Assembly: GCA_029553375.1 (NCBI GenBank)
Contig: JAKPCH010000096.1
Coordinates: 47,382 to 111,381 of the forward strand
Direction of reading: 5' to 3'
Length of the DNA stretch: 64,000 nucleotides
DNA from: Deltaproteobacteria bacterium
Lineage (GTDB): Bacteria > Desulfobacterota > Syntrophia > Syntrophales > UBA8958
In this document: in pieces, positions 25,917 to 34,651 of the stretch
Layout of the letters: each line of letters begins with the position of its first letter
Numbering within the stretch: position 1 is the first letter of the stretch
Notes under the pieces: model-generated
What the model was told of the DNA's origin: nothing
The model's database searches: none
What the model saw: only the letters and a program-made list of their open reading frames with translations
Position numbers and translations under genes: made by a program

Positions 25917-26525
25917 ATGCTGATCTCCATCAACAGTCAGAACCCCCAGGCGCGCCTCGTGAGGAAGGTCGTGGAATGCCTCCGTGACGGCGGCGTCATC
26001 ATCTACCCGACGGACACCGTCTACGGCCTGGGATGCGACCTCTTCAACAAGAAGGGCATCGAACGGATCTACGAGATCAAGAGGCGCAGCAAGAAACAGC
26101 CCCTGAGTTTCGTCTGCGCCGACCTCAAGGACATCAGCCGCTACGCCCAGGTGACGGATTTCGCGTACAAGACCATGCGCCGTTTCCTCCCCGGGCCCTA
26201 TACCTTCATCCTCCAGGCCTCGCGACTGGTACCGAAGATCATCCTCCCCAAGAGGGCGACCACGGGGATACGCGTCCCCGATCATCCCACCTGCCTGGCC
26301 ATCGTCGGCGAACTGGGGCAGCCGATCATCAGCACCAGTGTCAAGAACCGGGAGGGGGAGCTGATGAACGACCCGGCCCTCATCAAGGAACAGTTCGGAC
26401 ACTGTGTGGACATAATCATCGACGGCGGTATCATCCCCGCGGCCCCTTCCAGCGTCATCAGTCTCGTGGACGATCGCGTGGAGGTCATCAGGGTGGGCAA
26501 GGGGGACGTAAGCGCCTTTTCATGA
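25917..26525 (+). CDS. tsaC: L-threonylcarbamoyladenylate synthase (YrdC/TsaC type)
   Basis: VIIYPTDTVYGLGCDLFNKKGIERIYEIKRRSKKQPLSFV... ~202 aa with no Sua5 C-terminal domain. ATG 25917 is preferred over TTG 25881. Confidence 0.85.
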   Translation: MLISINSQNPQARLVRKVVECLRDGGVIIYPTDTVYGLGCDLFNKKGIERIYEIKRRSKKQPLSFVCADLKDISRYAQVTDFAYKTMRRFLPGPYTFILQASRLVPKIILPKRATTGIRVPDHPTCLAIVGELGQPIISTSVKNREGELMNDPALIKEQFGHCVDIIIDGGIIPAAPSSVISLVDDRVEVIRVGKGDVSAFS

Positions 26526-26541
26526 ACGAACAGGACAAGAC

Positions 26542-28410
26542 ATGAACAAAGTGATGCTGATCAACGCCGTTCACCCCGAGCAGAAACGGATGGCCATCGT
26601 GGAGAACGGCAAGCTCGTCGAGTACAACATCAGGATGGCCATGCGGGACCCCATCACGGGCAACATCTACAAAGGGGTCGTGATGAAGGTCGAAAGGGGC
26701 CTCCAGGCCGCCTTCGTCAATTACGGGGGCAAGAAGGACGGTTTCTTGCCCCTGAGGGACGTGAGCCCGGAATACTACGCCGAAGGCCACGACGAGGGCG
26801 GGTCCTCGCCGGGGGAGAAAAGAACGCGACCTTCCCTGAAGGTGGGCCAGGAGGTGGTGGTCCAGGTACTGAGGGAGGTGAGCGAGAGGAAGGGGGCCCT
26901 CCTGACGACCTACATCTCCCTGCCGGGGCGTTACCTGGTGCTGATGCCCAACAAGAGCGGTTGCGGCATCTCCCGCAAGATCGAAGACGAGGAGGACCGC
27001 CGCCGTCTGAAGGAAATCATGGGCCAGATCCGCGTGGAAGAGGGGATGGGTTTTATCATTCGGACGGCGGGCCTCAACCGGACGAAGCAGGAGTTGAACC
27101 GGGACTACCAACACCTCTTTCGCCTGTGGAAGGAGATCAAGAAAGAGATCCAGACCGTTCCGGCCCCGGCCCTGGTGTACCAGGAGAGCGATTTCGGCGT
27201 CTGCTCCCTGAGGGATTATTTCACGACGGATATCGAGGAGGTCTGGGTCGACGACCTCGAGACCTTCCGGAAGATGCGGGCCTACTGCAAGACCGTCAGC
27301 CCGAGAAATCTCAAGATCATCAAGCATTACAAGGAAAAAACGCCCCTTTTCGACAGGTACAACCTCGAGGACCAAATCAGGGTCATCTATCAGGAGAGGG
27401 TGGACCTGAAATCGGGCGGCTACCTGATCATCAACCCCACGGAGGCCATGATCACCATCGACGTCAACTCGGGGCGGGCCTCGAACAAGAGAAACGTGGA
27501 GGAGACGGCCTTTCGGACCAATCTCGAGGCGGCGGAAGAGATCGCGCGCCAGCTGAGGCTCCGGGACCTCGGCGGGTTGATCGTCATCGATTTCATCGAC
27601 ATGGTGGACCGGCAGCACCAGCTCGAGGTGGAGAAGACCTTCAAGAAGGCCATGAGCGTCGACCGGGCCCGGGTTCAGATGTCGAGGATCTCGAAGTTCG
27701 GGATCCTCGAGCTGTCGAGGCAGAAGAAGCAGTCCACGATCCAGGAGATCAGCTACACGACGTGCCCCTACTGCAAGGGGGCGGGGTTGCGGCCGTCGCT
27801 GGAATACACGGCCCTGAGCGCCTTCAGGAAGATCGAGTCCCAGGCGGTGAAGGGCGACTACTCCCACCTGAAGGTCACCTTGCCCTACGAGGTGGCGGAC
27901 TACCTGCTGAATCAGAAAAGGCAGGAGCTGGGTCGCCTCGAGTATGACTACGAGATGACCATCCATATCACCGGCGCGGCCGACATGCCCTGGGACGAGA
28001 CGCGTATCGAGAGCCGGAAACGGGAGGTGATCCGGGATTCGGCCCCGGAAGGGGAGAAAGAGGGCGAGCAGATCCCCGCCCCGAAGGGTCAGGTTGATAA
28101 GGGCCCCGGGGCCCTCGAGGCGCCGAGGCACGTCCAGGAAGCCAAACCGGCTCCGGGGGAGGAGACGGACGCCCCGCCCCCCGAGGCGGCCAAGAAGAAG
28201 GGCCGGCGCCGCTCCCGCCACCGCCGCAAAAAGACGGCCGCAGTGGAGCCCTCGGCGCAGGAGCAGGAGAACCCGCCGCCGGAAACGGCGAAGGGGGAGG
28301 GGCCGGCGCCGACACCCCCCGAGACCGCGACCGAGAAGCCCCGTCGCGGCCGCTCGAGGAGATCGGGGGCGAGGAAAAAAGCTGAGGTCAGGGCGGGGGA
28401 AGAGGTATAG
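26542..28410 (+). CDS. rng: ribonuclease E/G family protein with basic Pro/Ala/Glu-rich C-terminal tail
   Basis: S1 domain (NIYKGVVMKVERGLQAAFVNYGGKKDGFLPL), catalytic core (ITIDVNSG...LRDLGGLIVIDFIDM) and the Zn-link CPYCKGAG. The last ~130 aa are low complexity. Confidence 0.85.
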   Translation: MNKVMLINAVHPEQKRMAIVENGKLVEYNIRMAMRDPITGNIYKGVVMKVERGLQAAFVNYGGKKDGFLPLRDVSPEYYAEGHDEGGSSPGEKRTRPSLKVGQEVVVQVLREVSERKGALLTTYISLPGRYLVLMPNKSGCGISRKIEDEEDRRRLKEIMGQIRVEEGMGFIIRTAGLNRTKQELNRDYQHLFRLWKEIKKEIQTVPAPALVYQESDFGVCSLRDYFTTDIEEVWVDDLETFRKMRAYCKTVSPRNLKIIKHYKEKTPLFDRYNLEDQIRVIYQERVDLKSGGYLIINPTEAMITIDVNSGRASNKRNVEETAFRTNLEAAEEIARQLRLRDLGGLIVIDFIDMVDRQHQLEVEKTFKKAMSVDRARVQMSRISKFGILELSRQKKQSTIQEISYTTCPYCKGAGLRPSLEYTALSAFRKIESQAVKGDYSHLKVTLPYEVADYLLNQKRQELGRLEYDYEMTIHITGAADMPWDETRIESRKREVIRDSAPEGEKEGEQIPAPKGQVDKGPGALEAPRHVQEAKPAPGEETDAPPPEAAKKKGRRRSRHRRKKTAAVEPSAQEQENPPPETAKGEGPAPTPPETATEKPRRGRSRRSGARKKAEVRAGEEV

Positions 28411-28411
28411 A

Positions 28412-29227
28412 CTATTTCCCCAGGGCCTTGGAACGGAGGGTGGCCGCCTCGACGGCGGCCATCAAGGCGCCCCTGACGCCCCTCTCCTCGAGGAGGCGGA
28501 GCCCCGCGATGGTCGTCCCCCCGGGTGACGTCACCATGTCCTTGAGTTGACCCGGGTGTCGGTCCCCCTTAAGCACCAGCTTCGCCGCCCCCAGCATGGT
28601 TTGGGCGGCGAGGATGATGGCCGTGTCCTTCGGGATGCCCATCTGCACCCCCCCATCGGCCAGGGCCTCCATGACGAGAAAACCGTAGGCGGGCCCGCTG
28701 CCGCTCAACCCCGTGACGGCGTCCATGAGGTCTTCCTTGACGATCACCGATCTGCCGACGGCGTTGAAGATGTCCGCGGCCAGGGTCATGTCCTGAGCCG
28801 TGACCCCCTCGCCGGCGGCCAGGGCCGCCATGCCCTCGCCGATGAGGGCCGGTGTGTTGGGCATGGTCCGGATCACGCGGACCCCTTTTTTGAGACGGTC
28901 GGTGATGAAGCGGATGGGGATACCGGCGGCGATGGAGATGACCAGGTGGGATTCCCCGATCTCCGGGCCGATCTCCTCCAGGACCTCCGCCATGTTCTGG
29001 GGTTTGACGGCGAGGATGATGATCTGAGCATCCCTGACGGCCTTCCTGTTGTCCTCCGTGGTGACGAGGGCCCCGTAGAGATCCCCCAACTCCTTCAGGC
29101 GACGGGCATCCACATCGGTCACGGTGATCTCCCCGGCCTCCTTGATGCCCCGGGATATCATGCCGCCGACGAGGGCGCCGCCCATCTTCCCGCCCCCGAT
29201 GACACAGATCCTCTTTCCTGCCAGCAT
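28412..29227 (-). CDS. proC: pyrroline-5-carboxylate reductase
   Basis: ICVIGGGKMGGALVGG Rossmann motif, and ...SPGGTTIAGLRLLEERGVRGALMAAVEAAT at the C-terminus. Confidence 0.9.
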   Translation of the reverse strand: MLAGKRICVIGGGKMGGALVGGMISRGIKEAGEITVTDVDARRLKELGDLYGALVTTEDNRKAVRDAQIIILAVKPQNMAEVLEEIGPEIGESHLVISIAAGIPIRFITDRLKKGVRVIRTMPNTPALIGEGMAALAAGEGVTAQDMTLAADIFNAVGRSVIVKEDLMDAVTGLSGSGPAYGFLVMEALADGGVQMGIPKDTAIILAAQTMLGAAKLVLKGDRHPGQLKDMVTSPGGTTIAGLRLLEERGVRGALMAAVEAATLRSKALGK

Positions 29228-29371
29228 CTACCTTCCCTCCCGTTTTATTTCGATCCCCCCCTTGATTCCTCATTTGGGGATGCCTGTCAACGGGAAATTG
29301 CCTTGCCGGCCTTGGGGCGTCGCCTAAGAACCGAAAGCAGGGATGACAAAGGGGTAATTTGCTGATCGCAG

Positions 29372-29392
29372 CGCCCCGCCGGGGGCGTTTTT
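29372..29392 (+). terminator. orphan terminator-like hairpin (CGCCCC-GCCG-GGGGCG + T5)
   Basis: 6-bp GC stem, 4-nt loop and a T5 run on the + strand. No + strand gene lies upstream. Function unknown. Confidence 0.3.
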
Positions 29393-29393
29393 C

Positions 29394-29511
29394 GAAAACG
29401 GGCCTTTTTGGCCCATTTCTCCTTCCCGGCGGAAAAAAACGGGCCATTTTGGCCCATTTTTTTTCGGTCCCCGAAAAACGGGGCGAAAACGGCCGTTTGG
29501 GGGGCAAATTT
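29394..29511. repeat. three degenerate ~25-bp direct repeats, each with a GGGCC-N4/5-GGCCC mini-palindrome flanked by A/T runs
   Basis: Copy 1 is GAAAACGGGCCTTTTTGGCCCATTTCT (29394..29420). Copy 2 is AAAAACGGGCCATTTTGGCCCATTTTTTTT (29435..29464). Copy 3 is the degenerate GAAAACGGCCGTTTGGGGGGCAAATTT (29485..29511). CCCCGAAAAACGGGG lies between copies 2 and 3. Confidence 0.6.
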
Positions 29512-29576
29512 CGGCCTTTTTTGTGAGGTTATTATCTATGCTGTATTAGATCAAAACCGGGCGACCGCGGGGGTAT

Positions 29577-29605
29577 GTCGGCGCGCCGACGTAGGTAGAC
29601 TACCT
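29577..29605. other. two adjacent perfect palindromes (GTCGGCGCGCCGAC and AGGTAGaCTACCT)
   Basis: A 14-bp palindrome at 29577..29590 and a 6-1-6 palindrome at 29593..29605. They lie next to an unusually AT-rich stretch (29527..29556, GGTTATTATCTATGCTGTATTAGATCAAAA). Confidence 0.5.
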
Positions 29606-29701
29606 GAAATCATTGAGAAATCGGCGATCGACAAAAAATTTTCCCCCTCGAATTTTCCCTCCCCGCCCCCCAAAAGGGGAAAAACGTCTCCCCCAATACC
29701 C

Positions 29702-30484
29702 TCAGGCAAGACTCCTATCGGCAGGATTGAGAAAGACCTCGGCGGCCTCCCTCAGGGCCTCGACGGCCCCCCGGGCCTCCTGGAGCTCCTCCTCGCTCCA
29801 GGCGGAGGTGTCCGTCCCCGTCAGGCGCGCCCGCGCCTGGTCCATGGCGGCGACGAAGCGCCCCGCCGGTGTCGCCGGGGAGGCCGCCTTCTTCCCCGCC
29901 TGGGCCTTGGCGAGTTTCTCGCGGTAGGCCCGGTAGGCCGTCATCATGGAACGCTCCTGCCGGCGGCGGGCGATGTCGATGAGGACCCTCTTGGGGACCT
30001 GACGGTCCGACCGGCACTCGTCGCGGATCGCGGCGGGGAGGCGGTTGATGAGGAGGGTCTCGGAGACGGTGTTCCGGGCCTTGCCGATGACGGCGCTGAG
30101 CTCCTCGTCGGTGTAGTTGTGGGCCGTCTTGAGGCGCATCAGGGCCTCCGCCTCTTCCACGGCCGTCAGGTCCTCACGCATGAGGTTCTCCACGAGGGCC
30201 TTCTCCTCGTGACCCCCCTCGACGTAGAGGGCCGGTATCTGGATGAGGCCCGCCCGACGCGCCGCCTCCAGGCGCCGCTCACCGGCGACGACGTAGAGGT
30301 TGTTGTCGTCCCCCCAGCGGAAGAGGATGGGCTGGAGGACGCCGTGGGTCTTGATCGATTCCACCAGCTCCTCGAGGCCCTCGGGGTCGATGTGCTTCCG
30401 GGGCTGGTCCGGGTCCGTCTTGAGGAGCTGGAGGGGCAGCTGATACAGGGTCCACCGGTCGAATCCGCCTATGTTGGGTGTCAT
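29702..30484 (-). CDS. ParB/Spo0J-family N-terminal-domain protein (orphan, no ParA nearby)
   Basis: 260 aa. LLKTDPDQPRKHIDPEGLEELVESIKTHGVLQPILF and VVAGERRLEAARRAGL (ParB box/GERR motif), plus an HTH-like segment (YTDEELSAVIGKARNTVSETL). The C-terminal third is unlike the canonical ParB dimerisation domain. Confidence 0.75.
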   Translation of the reverse strand: MTPNIGGFDRWTLYQLPLQLLKTDPDQPRKHIDPEGLEELVESIKTHGVLQPILFRWGDDNNLYVVAGERRLEAARRAGLIQIPALYVEGGHEEKALVENLMREDLTAVEEAEALMRLKTAHNYTDEELSAVIGKARNTVSETLLINRLPAAIRDECRSDRQVPKRVLIDIARRRQERSMMTAYRAYREKLAKAQAGKKAASPATPAGRFVAAMDQARARLTGTDTSAWSEEELQEARGAVEALREAAEVFLNPADRSLA

Positions 30485-30536
30485 CTCGTCATTTACCTCC
30501 TTTCCCTCGGTGTTGAGGGTTGATGATCAAATTACT

Positions 30537-30560
30537 CAGGATATATTAACAATAATCCTG
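30537..30560. promoter_or_regulatory. inverted repeat CAGGAT-N12-ATCCTG in the ParB-like/yfhO divergent region
   Basis: 6-bp arms around an AT-rich 12-nt spacer (ATATTAACAATA), 53 nt upstream of the ParB-like start. Candidate operator or promoter element. Confidence 0.3.
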
Positions 30561-30688
30561 GGATTTTCAAGGGGTAAAGTGGCGGGTCCTCGTGTCCAAA
30601 GATCCTTAGCCAAAGGCGGCGTTCTGTGATACGGAGGGTCTTGAGAACGGGCGGGACGGCCCGCCTGCGGGGCGGGGAAAGGGGGATC

Positions 30689-33127
30689 ATGGAGGGGGAA
30701 CAGATACGTCAACCTGGCCGGTCCGGGATCCCGGCGCCGTCGGCGGCCGCGGCGGCCGTCGTCCTGGCGGCCCTGACCCTCCTCATGTTCGGCGACGTCC
30801 TCGTCTCGAAGACGGAGGTCCTCTCCGCCCCCGAGACGGACCTCTTCCAGCAGTTCCTCCCCTGGCGGGCCTTCGCCGTCAGCGAGATCAAGAAGGGCCA
30901 CCTCCCCCTCTGGAACCCCCACCTCTTCTCCGGGGCGCCCTTCCTGGCGGGTTTCCAGTCCGCCCTCCTCTACCCCCTCAACCTCCCCTATCTCCTTCTG
31001 CCCCTCAACACGGCCGTCAACGTCGGCATCGCCCTCCACGTCTTTCTCCTGGGCCTCTTCACCTTCCTGTGGGTCCGCCGCAGGGGCCTCCACCCCCTGG
31101 CGGCCCTCACGGCGGGGATCGTGGTCATGTTCTCGGGACCCCACTTCCTCCACATCTACGCGGGCCACCTCCCCAATCTCTGCGCCATGGCCTGGGTCCC
31201 CCTCATCCTCCTGTCCCTGGACGGCCTGGTGAAAAAACGGACCCCAAGGACCGCCCTGCCGGGGGCCTTCGCCTTCGCCATGCTCGTCCTCGCGGGACAC
31301 CCCCAGTACGCCTATTACACCGCCCTCTTCTGCGCCCTCTACCTCGCCGTCTCCTTCCCCTTCGCCATGGACCGGCGGGCGGACGAAGGGGCTGCGGCCC
31401 GACGGAAAAGGGCCCTGGCGGCCTTCGCCGCCGTCTCCCTGGCCGCGGCCGGGGTCTTCGCCTTCGGCCTCCTCCTGGCGGCCGCCCAGGTCCTCCCCGG
31501 TCTCGCCGCGGCCCGCGAGGCCGTCCGGGCGGGGGGCGTCCCCTTCTCCTTCGCCGCCATGTTCTCCCTCCCCCCCGAGAACCTCCTGACCCTGGTCTCC
31601 CCGTACCTCTTCGGGGACATGATCCACACCCCCTACTGGGGCCGGGGCTACCTCTGGGAGATGGAGCTCTTTGTGGGCCTGACGGCCCTCTACCTCGCCG
31701 CCAGGGGCGTCGTCACCGGCGGGGGGCCGGCGAAGGCCCTGGGACTGGCGGCCCTCCTCTGCCTCCTCCTCGCCCTGGGGAAACACACCCCCCTCTTCGG
31801 GGCCCTCTACCACTACCTCCCCGGCTTCGACCGCTTCCGGGGCACGGCGAAGTTCATCTTCTACTTCGCCCTCCTCACCGGCGCCCTCGCCGCCTACGGC
31901 CTGGACGGCCTCATCGGGCGCGCGAAGGCCGCCGCCGGGGGAGAAGCGACGTCGCACCCCGGCCGCGGCGGGGCCGTCGGGGGGATCGTCATCCTCGCCC
32001 TCGCCCTCGCCGCCGCCCTGGCCGCCTCGTGGCTGCACCTCGCCGCCGCGGGGACCTTCTCCCTCTCCCCCTGGGACGGCCTCCTGCGGTCGGTCGCCCT
32101 CTCCGGGGAGTCCTACCTGCCGCAGAAACTCTTCCTCCGGGAGGACTTCGCCCGTTTCACGGCCAAGAACGCCGCCTTGGGGATGACGGTCTGCCTCGTC
32201 ACCCTCGTCCTCCTCGCCGCCGCCCTGCGCCTCCCCCGGCGCAGGCCCGCCGTGACGGTTTGGCTCCTGGTGATCCTGGCCGCCGGGGAGGTCTTCCTCT
32301 TCTCCCTCTGGACGAGGGTCTCCTTCGACCCCGCGGCGAGGGAGGTCCCCGCCTTGACGAAATTCCTGAAGGGCATCGACGGGGAGGCGCGGATCCTCAA
32401 CCTCTGGCACCCCAACGGCGCCCTGGCCGCCGGTGCCTACGACATCTGGGGCCACGACCCCCTCGTCCCCAGGCGCTACGCCGAGCTCATCGCCCTCACC
32501 CAGGGCCTGGACCCGAAGGAGGCCTCCCAGTATGTCCGTTTCGAGCGCTACCACCCCCTCTTGGGGATGCTGAGGCTGCGCTACGTCATCATCCCCACGC
32601 CGACGGGGCTCACGGTCCGGCAGTTCCCCCCGGGCCTGGGGCGCCTGACGGTCCTCTACGACTGGCGGGTCGAGGCGACCGACGAGGGGGCCCTGAAGGC
32701 CCTGGCGGACCGGGCCTTCGACCCGGCGCGCCTGGCGATCCTCCCCAAGGCTCCCCCCTTCGAGAGGCGCCCCTGCCCCGGCGGCGGTGAGGCCCGTATT
32801 TTGTCCTCCGAGACCGGTCGCCTCACCCTCGAGGCCCGCCTCGCCTGCCCGGGGCTCCTCCTCGTCACGGACAACTACGACGGGGGCTGGCAGGCCCGGC
32901 CCCTGGGGGCGAGGGACGAGAGGACCTACGAGATCCTGAGGGCCAACCACACCCTCATGGCCGTCCCCCTGCCGGCGGGTGAACACCGCCTCGAACTGGC
33001 CTACCGCCCCCGGGAATTCACCCTCGGCCTCTACCTCTCGGCGGCGGCGTGGGCGGTGTTCGGGGTGATGATACTGGTCTCGATCTTGAAAACGCCAAGG
33101 AGGGAAAGGTCGGACACCGAGGGTTGA
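30689..33127 (+). CDS. YfhO-family polytopic membrane protein (GT-C-type glycosyltransferase candidate)
   Basis: YfhO-like N-terminal pattern (DLFQQFLPWRAFAVSEIKKGHLPLWNPHLFSGAPFLAGFQSALLYPLN). Many TM segments and a C-terminal soluble region. ATG 30689 is preferred over GTG 30626. Very GC-rich (~70%). Confidence 0.7.
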   Translation: MEGEQIRQPGRSGIPAPSAAAAAVVLAALTLLMFGDVLVSKTEVLSAPETDLFQQFLPWRAFAVSEIKKGHLPLWNPHLFSGAPFLAGFQSALLYPLNLPYLLLPLNTAVNVGIALHVFLLGLFTFLWVRRRGLHPLAALTAGIVVMFSGPHFLHIYAGHLPNLCAMAWVPLILLSLDGLVKKRTPRTALPGAFAFAMLVLAGHPQYAYYTALFCALYLAVSFPFAMDRRADEGAAARRKRALAAFAAVSLAAAGVFAFGLLLAAAQVLPGLAAAREAVRAGGVPFSFAAMFSLPPENLLTLVSPYLFGDMIHTPYWGRGYLWEMELFVGLTALYLAARGVVTGGGPAKALGLAALLCLLLALGKHTPLFGALYHYLPGFDRFRGTAKFIFYFALLTGALAAYGLDGLIGRAKAAAGGEATSHPGRGGAVGGIVILALALAAALAASWLHLAAAGTFSLSPWDGLLRSVALSGESYLPQKLFLREDFARFTAKNAALGMTVCLVTLVLLAAALRLPRRRPAVTVWLLVILAAGEVFLFSLWTRVSFDPAAREVPALTKFLKGIDGEARILNLWHPNGALAAGAYDIWGHDPLVPRRYAELIALTQGLDPKEASQYVRFERYHPLLGMLRLRYVIIPTPTGLTVRQFPPGLGRLTVLYDWRVEATDEGALKALADRAFDPARLAILPKAPPFERRPCPGGGEARILSSETGRLTLEARLACPGLLLVTDNYDGGWQARPLGARDERTYEILRANHTLMAVPLPAGEHRLELAYRPREFTLGLYLSAAAWAVFGVMILVSILKTPRRERSDTEG

Positions 33128-33163
33128 TGCCCCCCTTTTTCTGTCCGGCTGTTCGTCCTCACC

Positions 33164-34612
33164 TCACCGCATAAACCATTCGGGCGTCGCCCGGGCGAGG
33201 AAAAAGGGCAAATCACCGTAAACGAAGAAAAATCCCAAGGCGGCGGCCAGGGCCAGCTGCCAGGGGCGGGCCAGGGGTTTCAGGAGGTAATAGCAGAAAA
33301 CCCCGTACAGGGGCACGATGACCCGAAAGACGTAGCGGCCCTGGATCCCCGACACGGCCGAAAGGTGCTGAAGGTAGTCGTTGTAATTACCGTAAAGCAC
33401 GATGAGCATGTAGAGAATGATCATCAAAATACCATCGGTCAGGTATCCCCTGGCATCGTCGCGGCGCCAATAACGCACGGTCATCAACAATCCCGCGAAG
33501 AAGGCCAAATGATAATATCCCATCTCCTGGGGGGCTTTGTACAGGCTTTCGTGCCCCAAGATCCCCAAGGTGGCATTCATCATCACAAAAAACCACACCT
33601 CGGTGTAAGATATTGGATCCAAGACAGCGGCTCTTTTTTTGTCTCGGTCCTTCACGAGACTAAGGTAGTATAATGTTCTCATAAGATTTGTTTCTCTTTT
33701 TATGTACTTCCTTGCCTTTTCCACGGCCTGTTCGTAACTGATTTTACCGAGGTTGAAATCGGAAAGAATGGCCCCTTCTGCATAATTGGGGGACTTCATG
33801 AAATTCTCTTCGCCACCCATAACCGCCTTCGCATCGGCGCCCATGCCGCCGAATTTCCACAAGTTGCCACCGTAGAGGGAGACGTTCAGACCCACAAGGA
33901 GCAAAAAAACCGCCAGGAGGGCAAAAACACCGTAATCTCTACGGGGCAACTCCACTTTGAAGCGCTCTTTTCGATAGCGGTTGAGAAAAATAATGAGCAT
34001 GAGAAGGACTATTATCCCCGATGTGTACTTCGTCAGCCACCCCGCCGCCAGGGCGATCCCGAACAGGATCAAAGGACGGGGTCGTTTTTCCTCGAAGAAC
34101 TTGTGCATGTAATAGAGTGACATGAGGGCCGTGAGGTTGGATAAATTGTCGTAGCTCACCGCCGCCCCGATAAAGGTGAACATGGGGGTGTTGGTCAAGA
34201 GGAGCAAAACCAGGACATGGAGCAAACGGTTTTCCGAGATCAAGCGCAGCCAGAGGTGGGCGTACAGGACGAAAAGCATCGTCAGGAGGCAGTTGACGAC
34301 GCGGAGGAAAACCAGATCGTCAAGGCCTGAGATGTTGAATTTGAGGAAAAACCCCATGAGGTAATAATAAAGATAGGGGTAATGACTGATGAGACCGTAC
34401 TCATAGGTCGCCGGAGAATCCTGGGGCAGAAGCCAGGTCTGGGCGAAGGCCTTGGCCTTCCCGAAATGATCTATTTCATCGGGAGGGATATGAGGTGAGA
34501 TATTAACGGCGTAAAAAAGGAGGCGCAGAAAGAAGTAAACGTAGATGACGTAACAGAGGGTCTTATAGACTATCTCGCCGGGTATCCGATAATTCAAGAG
34601 CCGTGTATTCAT
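33164..34612 (-). CDS. polytopic membrane protein, ArnT/PMT-like GT-C glycosyltransferase candidate
   Basis: 482 aa, AAGGAGG RBS, ~11+ hydrophobic segments. An acidic motif lies in the first loop (HIPPDEIDHFGKA). Tyr/Phe/Leu-rich. Low GC (samples 28-57%). Family assignment is by architecture only. Confidence 0.5.
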   Translation of the reverse strand: MNTRLLNYRIPGEIVYKTLCYVIYVYFFLRLLFYAVNISPHIPPDEIDHFGKAKAFAQTWLLPQDSPATYEYGLISHYPYLYYYLMGFFLKFNISGLDDLVFLRVVNCLLTMLFVLYAHLWLRLISENRLLHVLVLLLLTNTPMFTFIGAAVSYDNLSNLTALMSLYYMHKFFEEKRPRPLILFGIALAAGWLTKYTSGIIVLLMLIIFLNRYRKERFKVELPRRDYGVFALLAVFLLLVGLNVSLYGGNLWKFGGMGADAKAVMGGEENFMKSPNYAEGAILSDFNLGKISYEQAVEKARKYIKRETNLMRTLYYLSLVKDRDKKRAAVLDPISYTEVWFFVMMNATLGILGHESLYKAPQEMGYYHLAFFAGLLMTVRYWRRDDARGYLTDGILMIILYMLIVLYGNYNDYLQHLSAVSGIQGRYVFRVIVPLYGVFCYYLLKPLARPWQLALAAALGFFFVYGDLPFFLARATPEWFMR

Positions 34613-34651
34613 ACCGACCTCCTTAGCCGTTCCTGTCGCCCCGAACGAGGC

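Noticed and set aside
24249-26402. 717-aa minus-strand ORF.
   Set aside because: It is antisense to cimA and tsaC, both of which have unmistakable family motifs. It has no RBS or start context and a shadow-like composition.
26488-28221. 577-aa minus-strand ORF.
   Set aside because: It is antisense to the RNase E/G gene, which carries S1 and catalytic motifs.
28094-28528. ORFs rich in R/P/G over the RNase E/G 3' end (144 aa on the + strand, 115 aa on the minus strand).
   Set aside because: They are alternative frames of the low-complexity basic tail of the RNase gene and show no independent coding signals.
29394-29511. Possible CRISPR array or tandem-repeat locus.
   Set aside because: There are only three degenerate ~25-bp units with irregular 41 and 50-bp spacing, the spacers are shorter than the repeats, and there are no cas genes. 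It is not a CRISPR array.
29228-30688. Canonical parS (TGTTTCACGTGAAACA) near the ParB-like gene.
   Set aside because: The site is not present in either flanking intergenic region. Only unrelated palindromes occur there, and these are reported as a finding.
30536-32986. 816-aa ORF on the minus strand.
   Set aside because: It is antisense to the YfhO-like gene. The translation is dominated by G/E/R/P/D/V runs with no membrane or domain logic. This is a typical frame-shadow of a ~70% GC gene.
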